Shown: positions 35,837 to 45,290, numbered from the stretch's first letter. The stretch is 64,000 nt of DNA from an uncultured Christensenellaceae bacterium (GCA_910585195.1 CAJUCX010000003.1:65828-129827), one strand, 5' to 3'. Translations and numbers: made by a program. The notes: generated by a model not told the origin, from the sequence alone.

Positions 35837-36547
35837 ATGCAAATTTACCCTGCAATAGACATAAAAGACAAAAAAGTAGTAAGGCTGACTTACGGCGATT
35901 ACGGTAAAATCAAAATTTACTCCGACAACCCGATAGAGGTGGCAAAAAATTTTGCCGACTGCGGCGCAAAAAATATTCACTTGGTTGACCTTGACGGTGC
36001 AAAGGACGGCAATCTCGCCAACTTTGACGTAATAAGCAAGGTGGTTAAAGAAAGCGGTTTGTTTGCGGAAGTGGGCGGCGGCATAAGAGACGCCGACCGC
36101 ATTAAACGGTATTTGGACTGCGGCGTCAAACGCGTTATTTTAGGCACCGCCGCGATAGAGAACTTTGCTTTTGCAGAAAGTGCGGTAAAACAGTTCGGCG
36201 ATAAAATTGCGGTAGGCGTTGACGCAAAAGACGACAAGGTTGCAATACACGGCTGGAAGGTAACGACGGATATAAACTCGGTAGAGTTTTGCAAAAAACT
36301 TAAAAGTGCGGGAGTTGCCACCGTCGTTTATACCGACATTTCCAAAGACGGCGCAATGAGCGGAACAAATTTGGAAATTTACAGACGACTTGCCGCGATA
36401 GACGGTTTGCAGGTCATTGCTTCGGGCGGAATTACTTATTATGAAGAACTTGCGCAACTTAAACAAATAGGCGTATACGGCGCGATATTAGGCAAAGCTC
36501 TTTACGAAGGCGCGATAGATTTAAGCAAGGCGGTAAAATGCGTATGA
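35837..36547 (+). CDS. hisA: ProFAR isomerase
   Basis: MQIYPAIDIKDKKVVRL... The start is moved to the ATG at 35837. It is separated from hisH by a 139-bp gap. Confidence 0.92.
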   Translation: MQIYPAIDIKDKKVVRLTYGDYGKIKIYSDNPIEVAKNFADCGAKNIHLVDLDGAKDGNLANFDVISKVVKESGLFAEVGGGIRDADRIKRYLDCGVKRVILGTAAIENFAFAESAVKQFGDKIAVGVDAKDDKVAIHGWKVTTDINSVEFCKKLKSAGVATVVYTDISKDGAMSGTNLEIYRRLAAIDGLQVIASGGITYYEELAQLKQIGVYGAILGKALYEGAIDLSKAVKCV

Positions 36548-37329
36548 ATTACACATTTATTTCCGGCGCGACGGGCGGCATAGGCAAAGCGTTTGTTTGC
36601 GAGTGCGCCAAAAAAGGTTGCGCACTGTTTTTGACGGGCAGAAGTTTGGACAAACTGACGGCGTTAAAGGCGGAAGTTCAGCAAAAATACGCCGTAGAAA
36701 TAGAAGTTTTTGCGTGTATGTTAAACGACGAATCTTCGCGCAAAGAAATGTTCGATTACATTGCGCAAAAAGACTTCAAGTTTGACCGCATAATAAACGT
36801 TGCGGGCGTCGATACGCAAATGGCGGTGGAGTGTTATACACTCGACAAACTTATATTTCAAATGCGCGTCAACGTTGAAGGCACGATAACAAATACTTAC
36901 AGTTTGCTAAAACACAGGGCGGACAAGGTTGAAGTAATTACCGTTTCCAGCATGAGCGGCGTTACGCCGATGCCTTATTTTGCCTTATACAGCGCGACAA
37001 AGGGTTGCCTTACGAGTTTTTTTTCCTCCTTGCGTTTGGAGATGAAAAAGCAAAACGTAAAAATAACAACCGTGCTCCCCGGGGGCGTGCCGACCAGACC
37101 CGATATTGTAGCCGACATAAAAGGGCAGGGACTTTGGGGTAAACTTTCGGCAAAACAACCGTCGTTCGTTGCGGAAAAATCATTAAAAAAGGTAAAGAAA
37201 AACAAGCGTATTTATATACCGGGGTTTTTTAACAGATTTCTTTACCGCTTGATGAAGATATTGCCGCTTGGCGTAAAAATGAGATTTATCGCCCGTCGGT
37301 GGAAAAAAATAAAAAAGGACGCATTTTGA
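36544..37329 (+). CDS. SDR-family NAD(P)-dependent oxidoreductase embedded in the his operon
   Basis: ISGATGGIGKAF (TGxxxGxG) and a YSATK catalytic motif. The ATG overlaps the hisA stop (ATGA). The C-terminal tail is basic and amphipathic. Confidence 0.85.
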   Translation: MNYTFISGATGGIGKAFVCECAKKGCALFLTGRSLDKLTALKAEVQQKYAVEIEVFACMLNDESSRKEMFDYIAQKDFKFDRIINVAGVDTQMAVECYTLDKLIFQMRVNVEGTITNTYSLLKHRADKVEVITVSSMSGVTPMPYFALYSATKGCLTSFFSSLRLEMKKQNVKITTVLPGGVPTRPDIVADIKGQGLWGKLSAKQPSFVAEKSLKKVKKNKRIYIPGFFNRFLYRLMKILPLGVKMRFIARRWKKIKKDAF

Positions 37330-37332
37330 TTT

Positions 37333-38091
37333 ATGCTTGCAAAAAGAATTATTCCTTGCCTTGACGTAAGAGACGGCAGGGTGGTAAAAGGCACAAACTT
37401 TGTCGGTATAAAAGACGTCGACAGCCCTGTACAACTTGCAAAGTTTTACAACGACAGCGGCGCTGACGAACTTGTATTTTACGATATAACGGCGTCGGCG
37501 GAAGGCAGAAAGTTGTTTGACGGCGTTTTGCGCGAAGTCGCGTCAAACGTGTTTATTCCCCTTACGGTAGGCGGCGGAATAAACGGAGTAGAAGACTTCG
37601 ACAGGGTGTTAAAAAGCGGCGCTGACAAAGTAAGCGTAAACAGCGGCGCGGTAAAAAACCCTAAAATAATAGGGCAGGCAGCAAAAAAATACGGCAATCA
37701 ATGCGTGGTGCTTTCTATGGACGTAAAGCGCGTCGACGGTAAATTTCAGGTATTCGTAAACGGCGGCAGAGTAAACACGGGCATCGACGCGGCAGAGTGG
37801 GCGCACTTCGCGCAGGAAGAAGGCGCAGGAGAACTTGTGTTAAACAGCATAGACACCGACGGCGTTAAAAACGGTTTCGATATAGAAATGCTAAACAAAA
37901 TTTGCGACAGGCTGTCAATACCCGTCATTGCATCGGGCGGCGCAGGCAACATCGAGCACTTCAAACAGTTGTTTCGCCAAGCGCCTAAGGCAGACGCAGG
38001 GCTCGCGGCGTCGATATTCCATTTTAAGCAAGTAGACATAAAAGAACTGAAAAGACAGCTTAAAGCCGACGGCGTTTCGGTAAGAATATAA
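37333..38091 (+). CDS. hisF: Imidazole glycerol phosphate synthase, cyclase subunit
   Basis: AKRIIPCLDV..., 252 aa. Confidence 0.95.
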   Translation: MLAKRIIPCLDVRDGRVVKGTNFVGIKDVDSPVQLAKFYNDSGADELVFYDITASAEGRKLFDGVLREVASNVFIPLTVGGGINGVEDFDRVLKSGADKVSVNSGAVKNPKIIGQAAKKYGNQCVVLSMDVKRVDGKFQVFVNGGRVNTGIDAAEWAHFAQEEGAGELVLNSIDTDGVKNGFDIEMLNKICDRLSIPVIASGGAGNIEHFKQLFRQAPKADAGLAASIFHFKQVDIKELKRQLKADGVSVRI

Positions 38092-38208
38092 AAACAGTTG
38101 CAAATTCGGTAAAAGTTGTTTAACTGTATATAAAATTATTTTGCGATAAACGCGGCTTAAATACGGCAAAATATCTAATTAAAATACGACTAATCGGGAG
38201 AAAAGAAA

Positions 38209-38856
38209 ATGGTTAAGATTGAAGATTTGAAGTTTGACGAAAACGGGCTGATACCTGCGGTGGTGCAAGACTATTACACAAAAAAAGTGCTTACCGTTGC
38301 GTATATGAACAAAGAAAGTCTCGAAATCAGTATGGAAAAAAACCTGACTTGTTTTTACAGCAGGTCGAGGCAGAAGTTGTGGCTTAAAGGCGAAATTTCC
38401 AAAAACTATCAACACATAGTTTCAATCACTGCGGACTGCGACAACGACGCTTTGGTTGTAGAGGTAAAAAAAGACGGTCCCGCTTGTCATCTCGGCACCG
38501 ACAGTTGCTTTAACAACGAAGTATATCACAACGAAAACGAAAAAAGTTTTTCTTTCGATATGCTTTACGAGTTGATACAAGGCAGAAAGACAGACAAAAA
38601 AGAAGGCTCTTACACTACCTATCTGTTTGAAAAAGGGCTGGACAAAATTCTTAAAAAAGTGGGAGAAGAATGCACGGAAGTTATTGTTGCGGCAAAGGGC
38701 GGCAGCAAGGAAGAAACCGTCTTCGAGTTGTCAGACCTTGCATATCACGCTTTGGTGCTTATGGTAGAGTACGGCATTACCTTAAACGACGTTAAGGACG
38801 AACTTGCAAAGCGCCACGTGGTAGACAAAAAAGTAAAACAGGAAACTATGAAATAA
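38209..38856 (+). CDS. hisI: Bifunctional phosphoribosyl-AMP cyclohydrolase / phosphoribosyl-ATP pyrophosphatase
   Basis: N-terminal HisI (LIPAVVQD...CH.G..SCF) and C-terminal HisE (EECTEVIVAAK...ADLAYH). Confidence 0.92.
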   Translation: MVKIEDLKFDENGLIPAVVQDYYTKKVLTVAYMNKESLEISMEKNLTCFYSRSRQKLWLKGEISKNYQHIVSITADCDNDALVVEVKKDGPACHLGTDSCFNNEVYHNENEKSFSFDMLYELIQGRKTDKKEGSYTTYLFEKGLDKILKKVGEECTEVIVAAKGGSKEETVFELSDLAYHALVLMVEYGITLNDVKDELAKRHVVDKKVKQETMK

Positions 38857-39656
38857 TGCCTCTAATTAAGTGCAATCTGCATACGCATACACAGTTTTGC
38901 GACGGCAGAGATAGTATGGAAAATATGGTCAAAACGGCGATAGAAAAGGGGTTTGAAACGCTTGGGTTTTCTCCGCACTCTTACACGCCTTTTTGTTTGG
39001 ATTATTGCATAAAGGACTTCGATGCGGAAGCTGCAGAGTTTTTGCGCCTCAAAAACCTTTATGCAGACAAAATTTGCCTGTTAAACGGCATAGAGCTCGA
39101 CTATTACGGAGAAATGCCGAAAGACGCAAAGTTGGACTTCGTGATAGGTTCCGCCCATTACGTGCAAAATAACGGCGTATTTTACGGTGTGGACGACGGC
39201 AGAGAGGACTTTTTGCGCGCCGTCGAACTCGGCTTTGACGGTAACGTAATTTCCCTTGCGGAAAGTTACTTCTCAACCCTTGCAAAAATGGCAAAAACAG
39301 TCAGACCCGACGTAATAGGTCATTTCGATTTGATAACCCTGTACGGAGATTTTTCCGCCTGCGAAAGCAAGTATAAAGATTCGGCTTTTTGCGCGGCGGA
39401 AGAAGTGGCAAAAAGCGGCTCTTTGGTGGAGATAAACGCCGGCAGATTGTTTAAGGGCAAGGGCGGTCTTTATCCCGACGACTTTCTGCTTAAATATATG
39501 GCGCAAAAGGGCATTGAATTTATTCTGTCAAGCGACGCGCACTGCGTTGACGCGCTTGGTTTTAAGTTTGACGAAATTACACAAAAATTAAAGAGTTTAG
39601 GTATAAAATATCTTACCGTATTTGATAAAAACGGCAGAAAACATATCAAAATTTAG
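38856..39656 (+). CDS. hisK: PHP-family histidinol-phosphatase
   Basis: NLHTHTQFCDG...SPH...SAHY...SDAH are PHP-domain metal ligands. It is the last gene of the his cluster. Confidence 0.85.
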   Translation: MPLIKCNLHTHTQFCDGRDSMENMVKTAIEKGFETLGFSPHSYTPFCLDYCIKDFDAEAAEFLRLKNLYADKICLLNGIELDYYGEMPKDAKLDFVIGSAHYVQNNGVFYGVDDGREDFLRAVELGFDGNVISLAESYFSTLAKMAKTVRPDVIGHFDLITLYGDFSACESKYKDSAFCAAEEVAKSGSLVEINAGRLFKGKGGLYPDDFLLKYMAQKGIEFILSSDAHCVDALGFKFDEITQKLKSLGIKYLTVFDKNGRKHIKI

Positions 39657-39771
39657 TTTTCCCGTTTTTGTATATCGTTTAATTTGCGTTAAACTCCGCT
39701 GTGTCAAATAACGGAAGTTTTGATTTTTTTGTGTAATTAGGTTTTTTATTTCGGGAAATAGCGGGAGAATT

Positions 39772-40380
39772 ATGATTAAAAGTTTTGACCCTATATTCGA
39801 CAGCAACTGCAAACTTCTTATTTTGGGCTCGTGCCCGAGTGTTGCGTCTTTGCAAAAAGGCGAGTATTACGGACATAAACAAAACAGGTTTTGGCGAGTG
39901 ATTTTTAAGTTGCTTGACGAAGACTTCACTGCCGATTATGAAATTAAAAAGCAAACGCTGTTAAAGCACGGCGTGGCATTGTGGGATACGATAGGTCTTT
40001 GCCAAAGAGAGGGCTCGCTCGACAGCGCAATAACTGACGTAGTGCCTAATGACGTCAACGCTTTGATAAAATGCGGCAATGTAAAGTGCATTGCATTAAA
40101 CGGCGGCAAAGCAAAACAAGTGTTTTTGCAGCAGTATAAGCAGTTTGTAAGCAAAACTATAAATAATGACGATTTTAATAAAGCAACCGTACCGCAAGTG
40201 CAAAATTTGCAAGACGGCAAAAACATAAAAAACAGTGCCGCCTGTGAAAATTATTTTTTCAATACAGACAAAAAGAAGATAAAGTTGATTTTTCTTCCGT
40301 CGACAAGCCCCGCCAACGCAAAGATGAGTTTCGAAACTTTGTGCCGAAGTTGGTATGAAAGCTTGAAAGAATTTTTGTAA
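39772..40380 (+). CDS. DNA-deoxyinosine glycosylase (UDG-superfamily, hypoxanthine-DNA glycosylase type)
   Basis: LILGSCPSVASLQKGEYYGHKQNRFW ... LPSTSPANA motifs. Confidence 0.75.
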   Translation: MIKSFDPIFDSNCKLLILGSCPSVASLQKGEYYGHKQNRFWRVIFKLLDEDFTADYEIKKQTLLKHGVALWDTIGLCQREGSLDSAITDVVPNDVNALIKCGNVKCIALNGGKAKQVFLQQYKQFVSKTINNDDFNKATVPQVQNLQDGKNIKNSAACENYFFNTDKKKIKLIFLPSTSPANAKMSFETLCRSWYESLKEFL

Positions 40381-40393
40381 ATATTTTTCGGTT

Positions 40394-40433
40394 AAATCAA
40401 GCACTTGCGGAAATTTCCGCAAGTGCTTGATTT
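40394..40433. terminator. Bidirectional terminator (perfect 40-bp palindrome)
   Basis: AAATCAAGCACTTGCGGAAA/TTTCCGCAAGTGCTTGATTT, between convergent genes. Confidence 0.9.
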
Positions 40434-40510
40434 ATGTTAAAATTTTATGAGTAAATATAATTGTCAAATTGTTTGCCACAGTTCAAAATCGATATACGCC
40501 GTTGTAGTTT

Positions 40511-41644
40511 CTAAAATGACTCGAACGGGTCGGGGGTTGCCTCGCGATAGCGTTCTTTGGCTTTTTCGAAGATAATGCGCGAGTATTCCGCTTCGGCAGG
40601 GGTGCGCGACAGGTTTAGCAACTTTTCCGCAACAACGCAGTCCGACGCAAACTGTCTGTCGTCGTGGTTAGACAAGGCATTTACCAAAATTCTTGCAACC
40701 ACAACGAAAGACGTCGGCGAAACTTGAATTGCATTTCTTATCGATTGGTCGAAAGCATTGTAAGTTTTTGCCGCGTTTACCCTGTCGTCGTGGAAGAGCA
40801 TTAAGCAGTTGAAATATTCTACCGAGACGGTGTTTGCGTTTGGCAGCGGCATTTCGCTTCTGCGGTTGTAAAGCATGGTTATGGTTTCCGTTGCTTTTTC
40901 CGTCTGGTTTGTCGCAATAAAATAGCAATATTGCACGTACAGCGAAGTGCAGACAGAAGGGTACTTCAAATCGTCTATGCCGCAGTTAAAAATCGTCTCG
41001 GGCATTTGAGAAAAAGTTTTGCCGGCAAGCGTTTCCGCCGTAATTTTAAGTTCCGAGTAATAAGCCTTTTTGCAACTTTCCGAGCGCGCAAGCATAAAAA
41101 CGTTGTAGCCGTCGTTTTTCAAACTGCGTATAGGCAAAAAGTTTATTATAGTAAAAATTCCGTTTACGATTATTCCCGCCAAAGTAAAAGACTGCTGACC
41201 GTAAACAACGATAAGCACGACGCACAGCGCCGTCAAAAGCAAGTTTATAAGCACGCCGCCGAGGTTATATAATACATACGGCATTTTTTGTTTGTACTCG
41301 AAGTCGGGCGCCATAAGGCACTGACCGAGCGCGCCGTTGCCGCGTTCTCTTGCGGTTTGCCACTTGCCGTTGCTTTTGTAAAACATTACGCCAAGCATCT
41401 TGAAGTAAACAAATTTATAGCCCGTCAAGTAGCCGAACAGCAAATGCCCGAGTTCGTGCATAAAGGTAGCCAAAACGCACCACAGCAAAATGTATATTAT
41501 GGTGTCTAATGACAGAATATCGAAGCCGATTTGGTTAAAGTCTGACGCAAGCCATATTCCTAGCGAAATGCCCAAAATCGCGCCTATTATAACTAAGGCG
41601 ACCGTAGGAGTCGCCGTTGCAAAGTCTGTTTTTTTATTTTTCAT
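40511..41644 (-). CDS. Membrane zinc metalloprotease, M50/site-2-protease-like, with helical C-terminal soluble domain
   Basis: HELGH lies in a TM segment, followed by a downstream NFLPIRSLKNDG (NxxPxxxxDG) motif, 4-5 TM segments and a ~190-aa helical tail. Confidence 0.7.
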   Translation of the reverse strand: MKNKKTDFATATPTVALVIIGAILGISLGIWLASDFNQIGFDILSLDTIIYILLWCVLATFMHELGHLLFGYLTGYKFVYFKMLGVMFYKSNGKWQTARERGNGALGQCLMAPDFEYKQKMPYVLYNLGGVLINLLLTALCVVLIVVYGQQSFTLAGIIVNGIFTIINFLPIRSLKNDGYNVFMLARSESCKKAYYSELKITAETLAGKTFSQMPETIFNCGIDDLKYPSVCTSLYVQYCYFIATNQTEKATETITMLYNRRSEMPLPNANTVSVEYFNCLMLFHDDRVNAAKTYNAFDQSIRNAIQVSPTSFVVVARILVNALSNHDDRQFASDCVVAEKLLNLSRTPAEAEYSRIIFEKAKERYREATPDPFESF

Positions 41645-41842
41645 TTTTTCCTGTTTGTATTTTTAATAAAATAACCTTAAAAGCACGGTTTGCTTTTAGT
41701 AATTATAACAACGCCTGCCCGTTGTTTTTCCCGACCGTTTTTAATATCGGCAAGGTGTAAATAGTGCAGTTAGTTTTTTAAGCAATATAACATCGATATT
41801 TTTCCGTTATAAAAACGTAGCCGACGGGAAACGGGAAAAATA

Positions 41843-44800
41843 TTAAAGGGAAGTACTCATCGCCTCTACGATAAAGTTTTTGCCTTTAAGATTTTTAAGT
41901 CTTGCTATCATTTCTGCATTGTTGAGTTCCATATTGCCGTGCAGCAAAACCGTATTGAGGTTAGGGAAAGTAGTGCTCAAACTGCAAAGTCTCAGCGACA
42001 AAAATACGCACATCTTGTCGCTCATTGACAAATCTTTGTAATGAGTTACTTTGCCCTTGCTTGATTTTACCGCAAAAATATCGTCTTCGCAAATGATTTC
42101 TCCGCCGCCGCACATTGCACCGTAAACACTGCTTGCAGAAGAAAGTATTTTTGCTATTTCTTCTTCGAATACAAGTTCTACTATTTTGGTTTGCTTTATG
42201 ACAGAGTCGAAGTTTTTAGAGTCGTTGTATTGCGTGATAATGTTTGTCAACTCGGTGCGCATACGGTTGGAACTGATGTAAGCGTCCGTTACGTTTTGCG
42301 TTTCTTCGCGGCTTTCTGCAAGTTCTGCCTCGATTTCTTCGAAGTGCTGTTGCAGTTCTTGCAGTTTTTGGTTGAGTTCGTCATATTTGTCTATGTCGGC
42401 ATTGTCCTGATAAAGCTCTTTAAGGTGCTGCATACGGGACGTCAACATACTCATAGTGGCGTCAAATCTGTCTACTGCGTCTTTTATGCTGTTGTACATT
42501 TCTTCCGACAGATTTTTGAGTTTTATGCTTTCTACGTCGTCGTCGCCGAGGTCGTCCATAAGGGTTTGCGCTTTTTGTTTTGTGGCTTCGTAACTGTCCG
42601 TAAGATTTTTAAGCACAACGCCGTTCTTTTCGATTTCCACAGACTTGGCAAGTATTTTGTCGTCAAGTTCGCTGCGGTCTTCTTCCAGCAATTTCTTTTC
42701 GCTTACAAGTTCGTTTACCTTGTCTTGAGCGGCTTTTTGCACTTCGTCCGGTTCGCCTTTTACAAACATACTGACTTTTTGATGAATTTTAAGCAACTCT
42801 TTTTCGTTGGCTTTCTTTTCGTTTAGCGCTTCCGTCAGCACGGAAGAAACGTTTGCAATACGCACTTCCGCCGCTTCTATGGCGTCGCTTTCCATTTTGC
42901 GCTGAGTGTGCAAAAGCACCAACTTTTCCGTAAGTTCGATGAGGGCGGATTTGACCTGTTCGTTGGACTCGACCATCATTTCGACCGTCATTTGCCTTAC
43001 GTCTACCGCTTGCTGCGTCTCCGACAGAGAGCCGAGCCGTGAAACTATATCTTGTTTTTGTTTGTTTAAGTCTTCGTATTTTTCTTTCAAAAGCGACAAC
43101 TCGGTTTGCTGTTCTACCAGACCGCGCTGTGCGTCCATCATATAGTTTGTGGCTTTACCTTGATCGAGCGCTTGAAAATATTTCGTTACGTGTTCGCTTT
43201 TATCTGCTTTTGCAAGCTCGCGGAAGCGTCTTAAAATTTCGTCGCGCTCGTTGCGGCAGGTTACTATTTCGCCCAAGACTATTTGTTTTTGTCTTTCTAC
43301 TTCCTGCAATACGCAGCGCAAGCCTACTTGTCTGGAAACAAGCGCCAGTTTGCGGTTGTTGCGTTTGACGAGTTCTACTTTAAGCTGGTCTATATTTTCG
43401 TCTATAAATGTGCTGCTTAAAGGCGCCGCCGCCATATCTATTTTGCCTCCTTTGCCGTCGGTTATCTGCATTGCTTGGTTGGCGGTGTTTACTACCTGCT
43501 TTTTAAGCATAACTTCGCGGTCAAACATCTTTTGACCCAAAATTGTTTGCAGACATTCGGCAGACTGGTCGATTTCTATTTCTTTATAGTGCAGGTTTTG
43601 CATTTCGTCGCGCAAAGTGTTTTGCTTTTCCGTCAAAGACTGCAAAATCATTTCGCTTTTGGAAATTTTCGACTGCAGCATTTTTATTAAAGTGTCTTTT
43701 GATTTAAGCGGAGTAACCACCGCGTCAACCTTCATAAGAGAGGACACAAGGTCTTGCGCCTTTCTTACTTCCAACTCGCGGTCGCTCAACTGCTGTGTTA
43801 TAAACACCATTTCGCTGTCGGTTTTTTGCAGCTGATTTTCTACTTCCTTTATCTTTACGCTTAAACGCACGTTCTCTACAAGGTCGTTTATAGAACGCAC
43901 AGGTACGTCGATTTCCTGCAAACTTTCCTTAGTTTCTTCTATGCCTTTATCGATGGTTTCGATGGTGCCTTTGTGCACGCCTTTTATCTGCTCTAATTTT
44001 TCCTTGTCGTTTTGCAATTCGACAATCCTTTCGCTTAACGTTTCGTTGCGCTTTTCAAGCGTTTCGATATTTTCCGAGTCATTTTTTATCAAAATAAGCC
44101 GTGTGTTTTGCTCGACGCGGCGGTTGATTTCGTCGTTAAGTTCGCCCAACTGATTTATTATCGACTGACGTTCGCTCTTAAACCACTCCAACTCTTCTTT
44201 GTCTGCATCGAGTTTTTGGTTGGCATCCGTCATTTGCTTTTTATATGCTAAAATTTCTTTCAGTTGCGGCAAAAAGCGTTGCACTTTGTTGTGGTCTTGC
44301 AACTGCTTGCGTTTTTCGTCGATGAAAGTGGAGTTTTCTATCAATCTGTCTATATGCCCCTGCGTGTTGCGTATGTCTTTTTGCAGATTTTCGCGCGAAT
44401 TGAGAGAGCGCATTTCGTCTTTTAACGCAGACATTTCATTGAGGCAGTCGTTGTATTGTTTTTGAAGTTCTTCCGTTCTTTCGCGTATTGCATCAAGTTG
44501 CGAAGCCTTTACAGCTTTTATCGGTTTAGCCAAAATTGCGCGAAGTTGACTCTTTAACTGACTTTTTCTGTCGGCGGCTTTGTTGTAAGCTTCCTGCGTG
44601 GTGTTGATTACCTGACGCAAATCGGCAATGTTGGAGTAACTGTCTATCGTAGGGTTGGCGTTAAAGGCGTCAAACTCTTTGCTTTCTATTACTATATTGT
44701 CAAACAGTTCTTCGACGTCGGTCTTAAACAGGTCGGTCAATTTTTCTTCCACGCGTGTAAAGCGTTTTGTTACGCCGTTTTCTTTGCAGCGCAAAAGACT

Positions 44801-45049
44801 CGCGACGTTGTCGAAGTTTTTGGTTCTCGCAAGTTGGTAGGAATTGCCGTTGTGCACGAAATCGCATTCGGCGCTGCCGTCAAAACGGAAGTTGCCGTGC
44901 TTATTCAGAAATAAAAAGTCGGTTATGGCAGACAAGTCCGCAACGGAACAGAATATTTCGTCGCAGCCGTTAGATATGTCGTCAAGTTTCAGAAAAACGT
45001 CGTAGTTTTGACCGAGTAACCCTTTTATTTTTATTGAGTTGATTTTCAT
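41843..45049 (-). CDS. 1068-aa coiled-coil protein with Rad50/SbcC-like head halves that lack canonical ATPase motifs
   Basis: The N-terminus (MKINSIKIKGLLG...) and C-terminus (...DLSMSDKMCVFLSLRL...NTVLLHGNMELN...) resemble split ABC-type heads. About 900 aa of heptad-rich sequence lies between them. There is no GxxGxGK(S/T). Confidence 0.6.
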   Translation of the reverse strand: MKINSIKIKGLLGQNYDVFLKLDDISNGCDEIFCSVADLSAITDFLFLNKHGNFRFDGSAECDFVHNGNSYQLARTKNFDNVASLLRCKENGVTKRFTRVEEKLTDLFKTDVEELFDNIVIESKEFDAFNANPTIDSYSNIADLRQVINTTQEAYNKAADRKSQLKSQLRAILAKPIKAVKASQLDAIRERTEELQKQYNDCLNEMSALKDEMRSLNSRENLQKDIRNTQGHIDRLIENSTFIDEKRKQLQDHNKVQRFLPQLKEILAYKKQMTDANQKLDADKEELEWFKSERQSIINQLGELNDEINRRVEQNTRLILIKNDSENIETLEKRNETLSERIVELQNDKEKLEQIKGVHKGTIETIDKGIEETKESLQEIDVPVRSINDLVENVRLSVKIKEVENQLQKTDSEMVFITQQLSDRELEVRKAQDLVSSLMKVDAVVTPLKSKDTLIKMLQSKISKSEMILQSLTEKQNTLRDEMQNLHYKEIEIDQSAECLQTILGQKMFDREVMLKKQVVNTANQAMQITDGKGGKIDMAAAPLSSTFIDENIDQLKVELVKRNNRKLALVSRQVGLRCVLQEVERQKQIVLGEIVTCRNERDEILRRFRELAKADKSEHVTKYFQALDQGKATNYMMDAQRGLVEQQTELSLLKEKYEDLNKQKQDIVSRLGSLSETQQAVDVRQMTVEMMVESNEQVKSALIELTEKLVLLHTQRKMESDAIEAAEVRIANVSSVLTEALNEKKANEKELLKIHQKVSMFVKGEPDEVQKAAQDKVNELVSEKKLLEEDRSELDDKILAKSVEIEKNGVVLKNLTDSYEATKQKAQTLMDDLGDDDVESIKLKNLSEEMYNSIKDAVDRFDATMSMLTSRMQHLKELYQDNADIDKYDELNQKLQELQQHFEEIEAELAESREETQNVTDAYISSNRMRTELTNIITQYNDSKNFDSVIKQTKIVELVFEEEIAKILSSASSVYGAMCGGGEIICEDDIFAVKSSKGKVTHYKDLSMSDKMCVFLSLRLCSLSTTFPNLNTVLLHGNMELNNAEMIARLKNLKGKNFIVEAMSTSL

Positions 45050-45290
45050 TCGCGCCTCCCGATAAAAAAACTATTTGAAAATAGATTATTTTATGGTAAT
45101 ATATTAGCATAACCACAAAATTTTCGTAAACAGAGTATTTTATGGTATTATATTTTAATATTATAAACTTTTATTAAAAATAAATCAATATAAATAAATA
45201 AATTTAAGCATTTATCTGCTTAACAAATTGCCGAAAAAGCATTATAAATTATGTATATTCGGCTGAAATCAGGCATTACGGAGTGTAAAT

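Noticed and set aside
45050-45290. AT-rich region next to the primosome genes, considered as a possible replication origin.
   Set aside because: There is only one weak DnaA-box-like 9-mer, no box cluster and no adjacent dnaA or dnaN. It is more simply a divergent promoter region.
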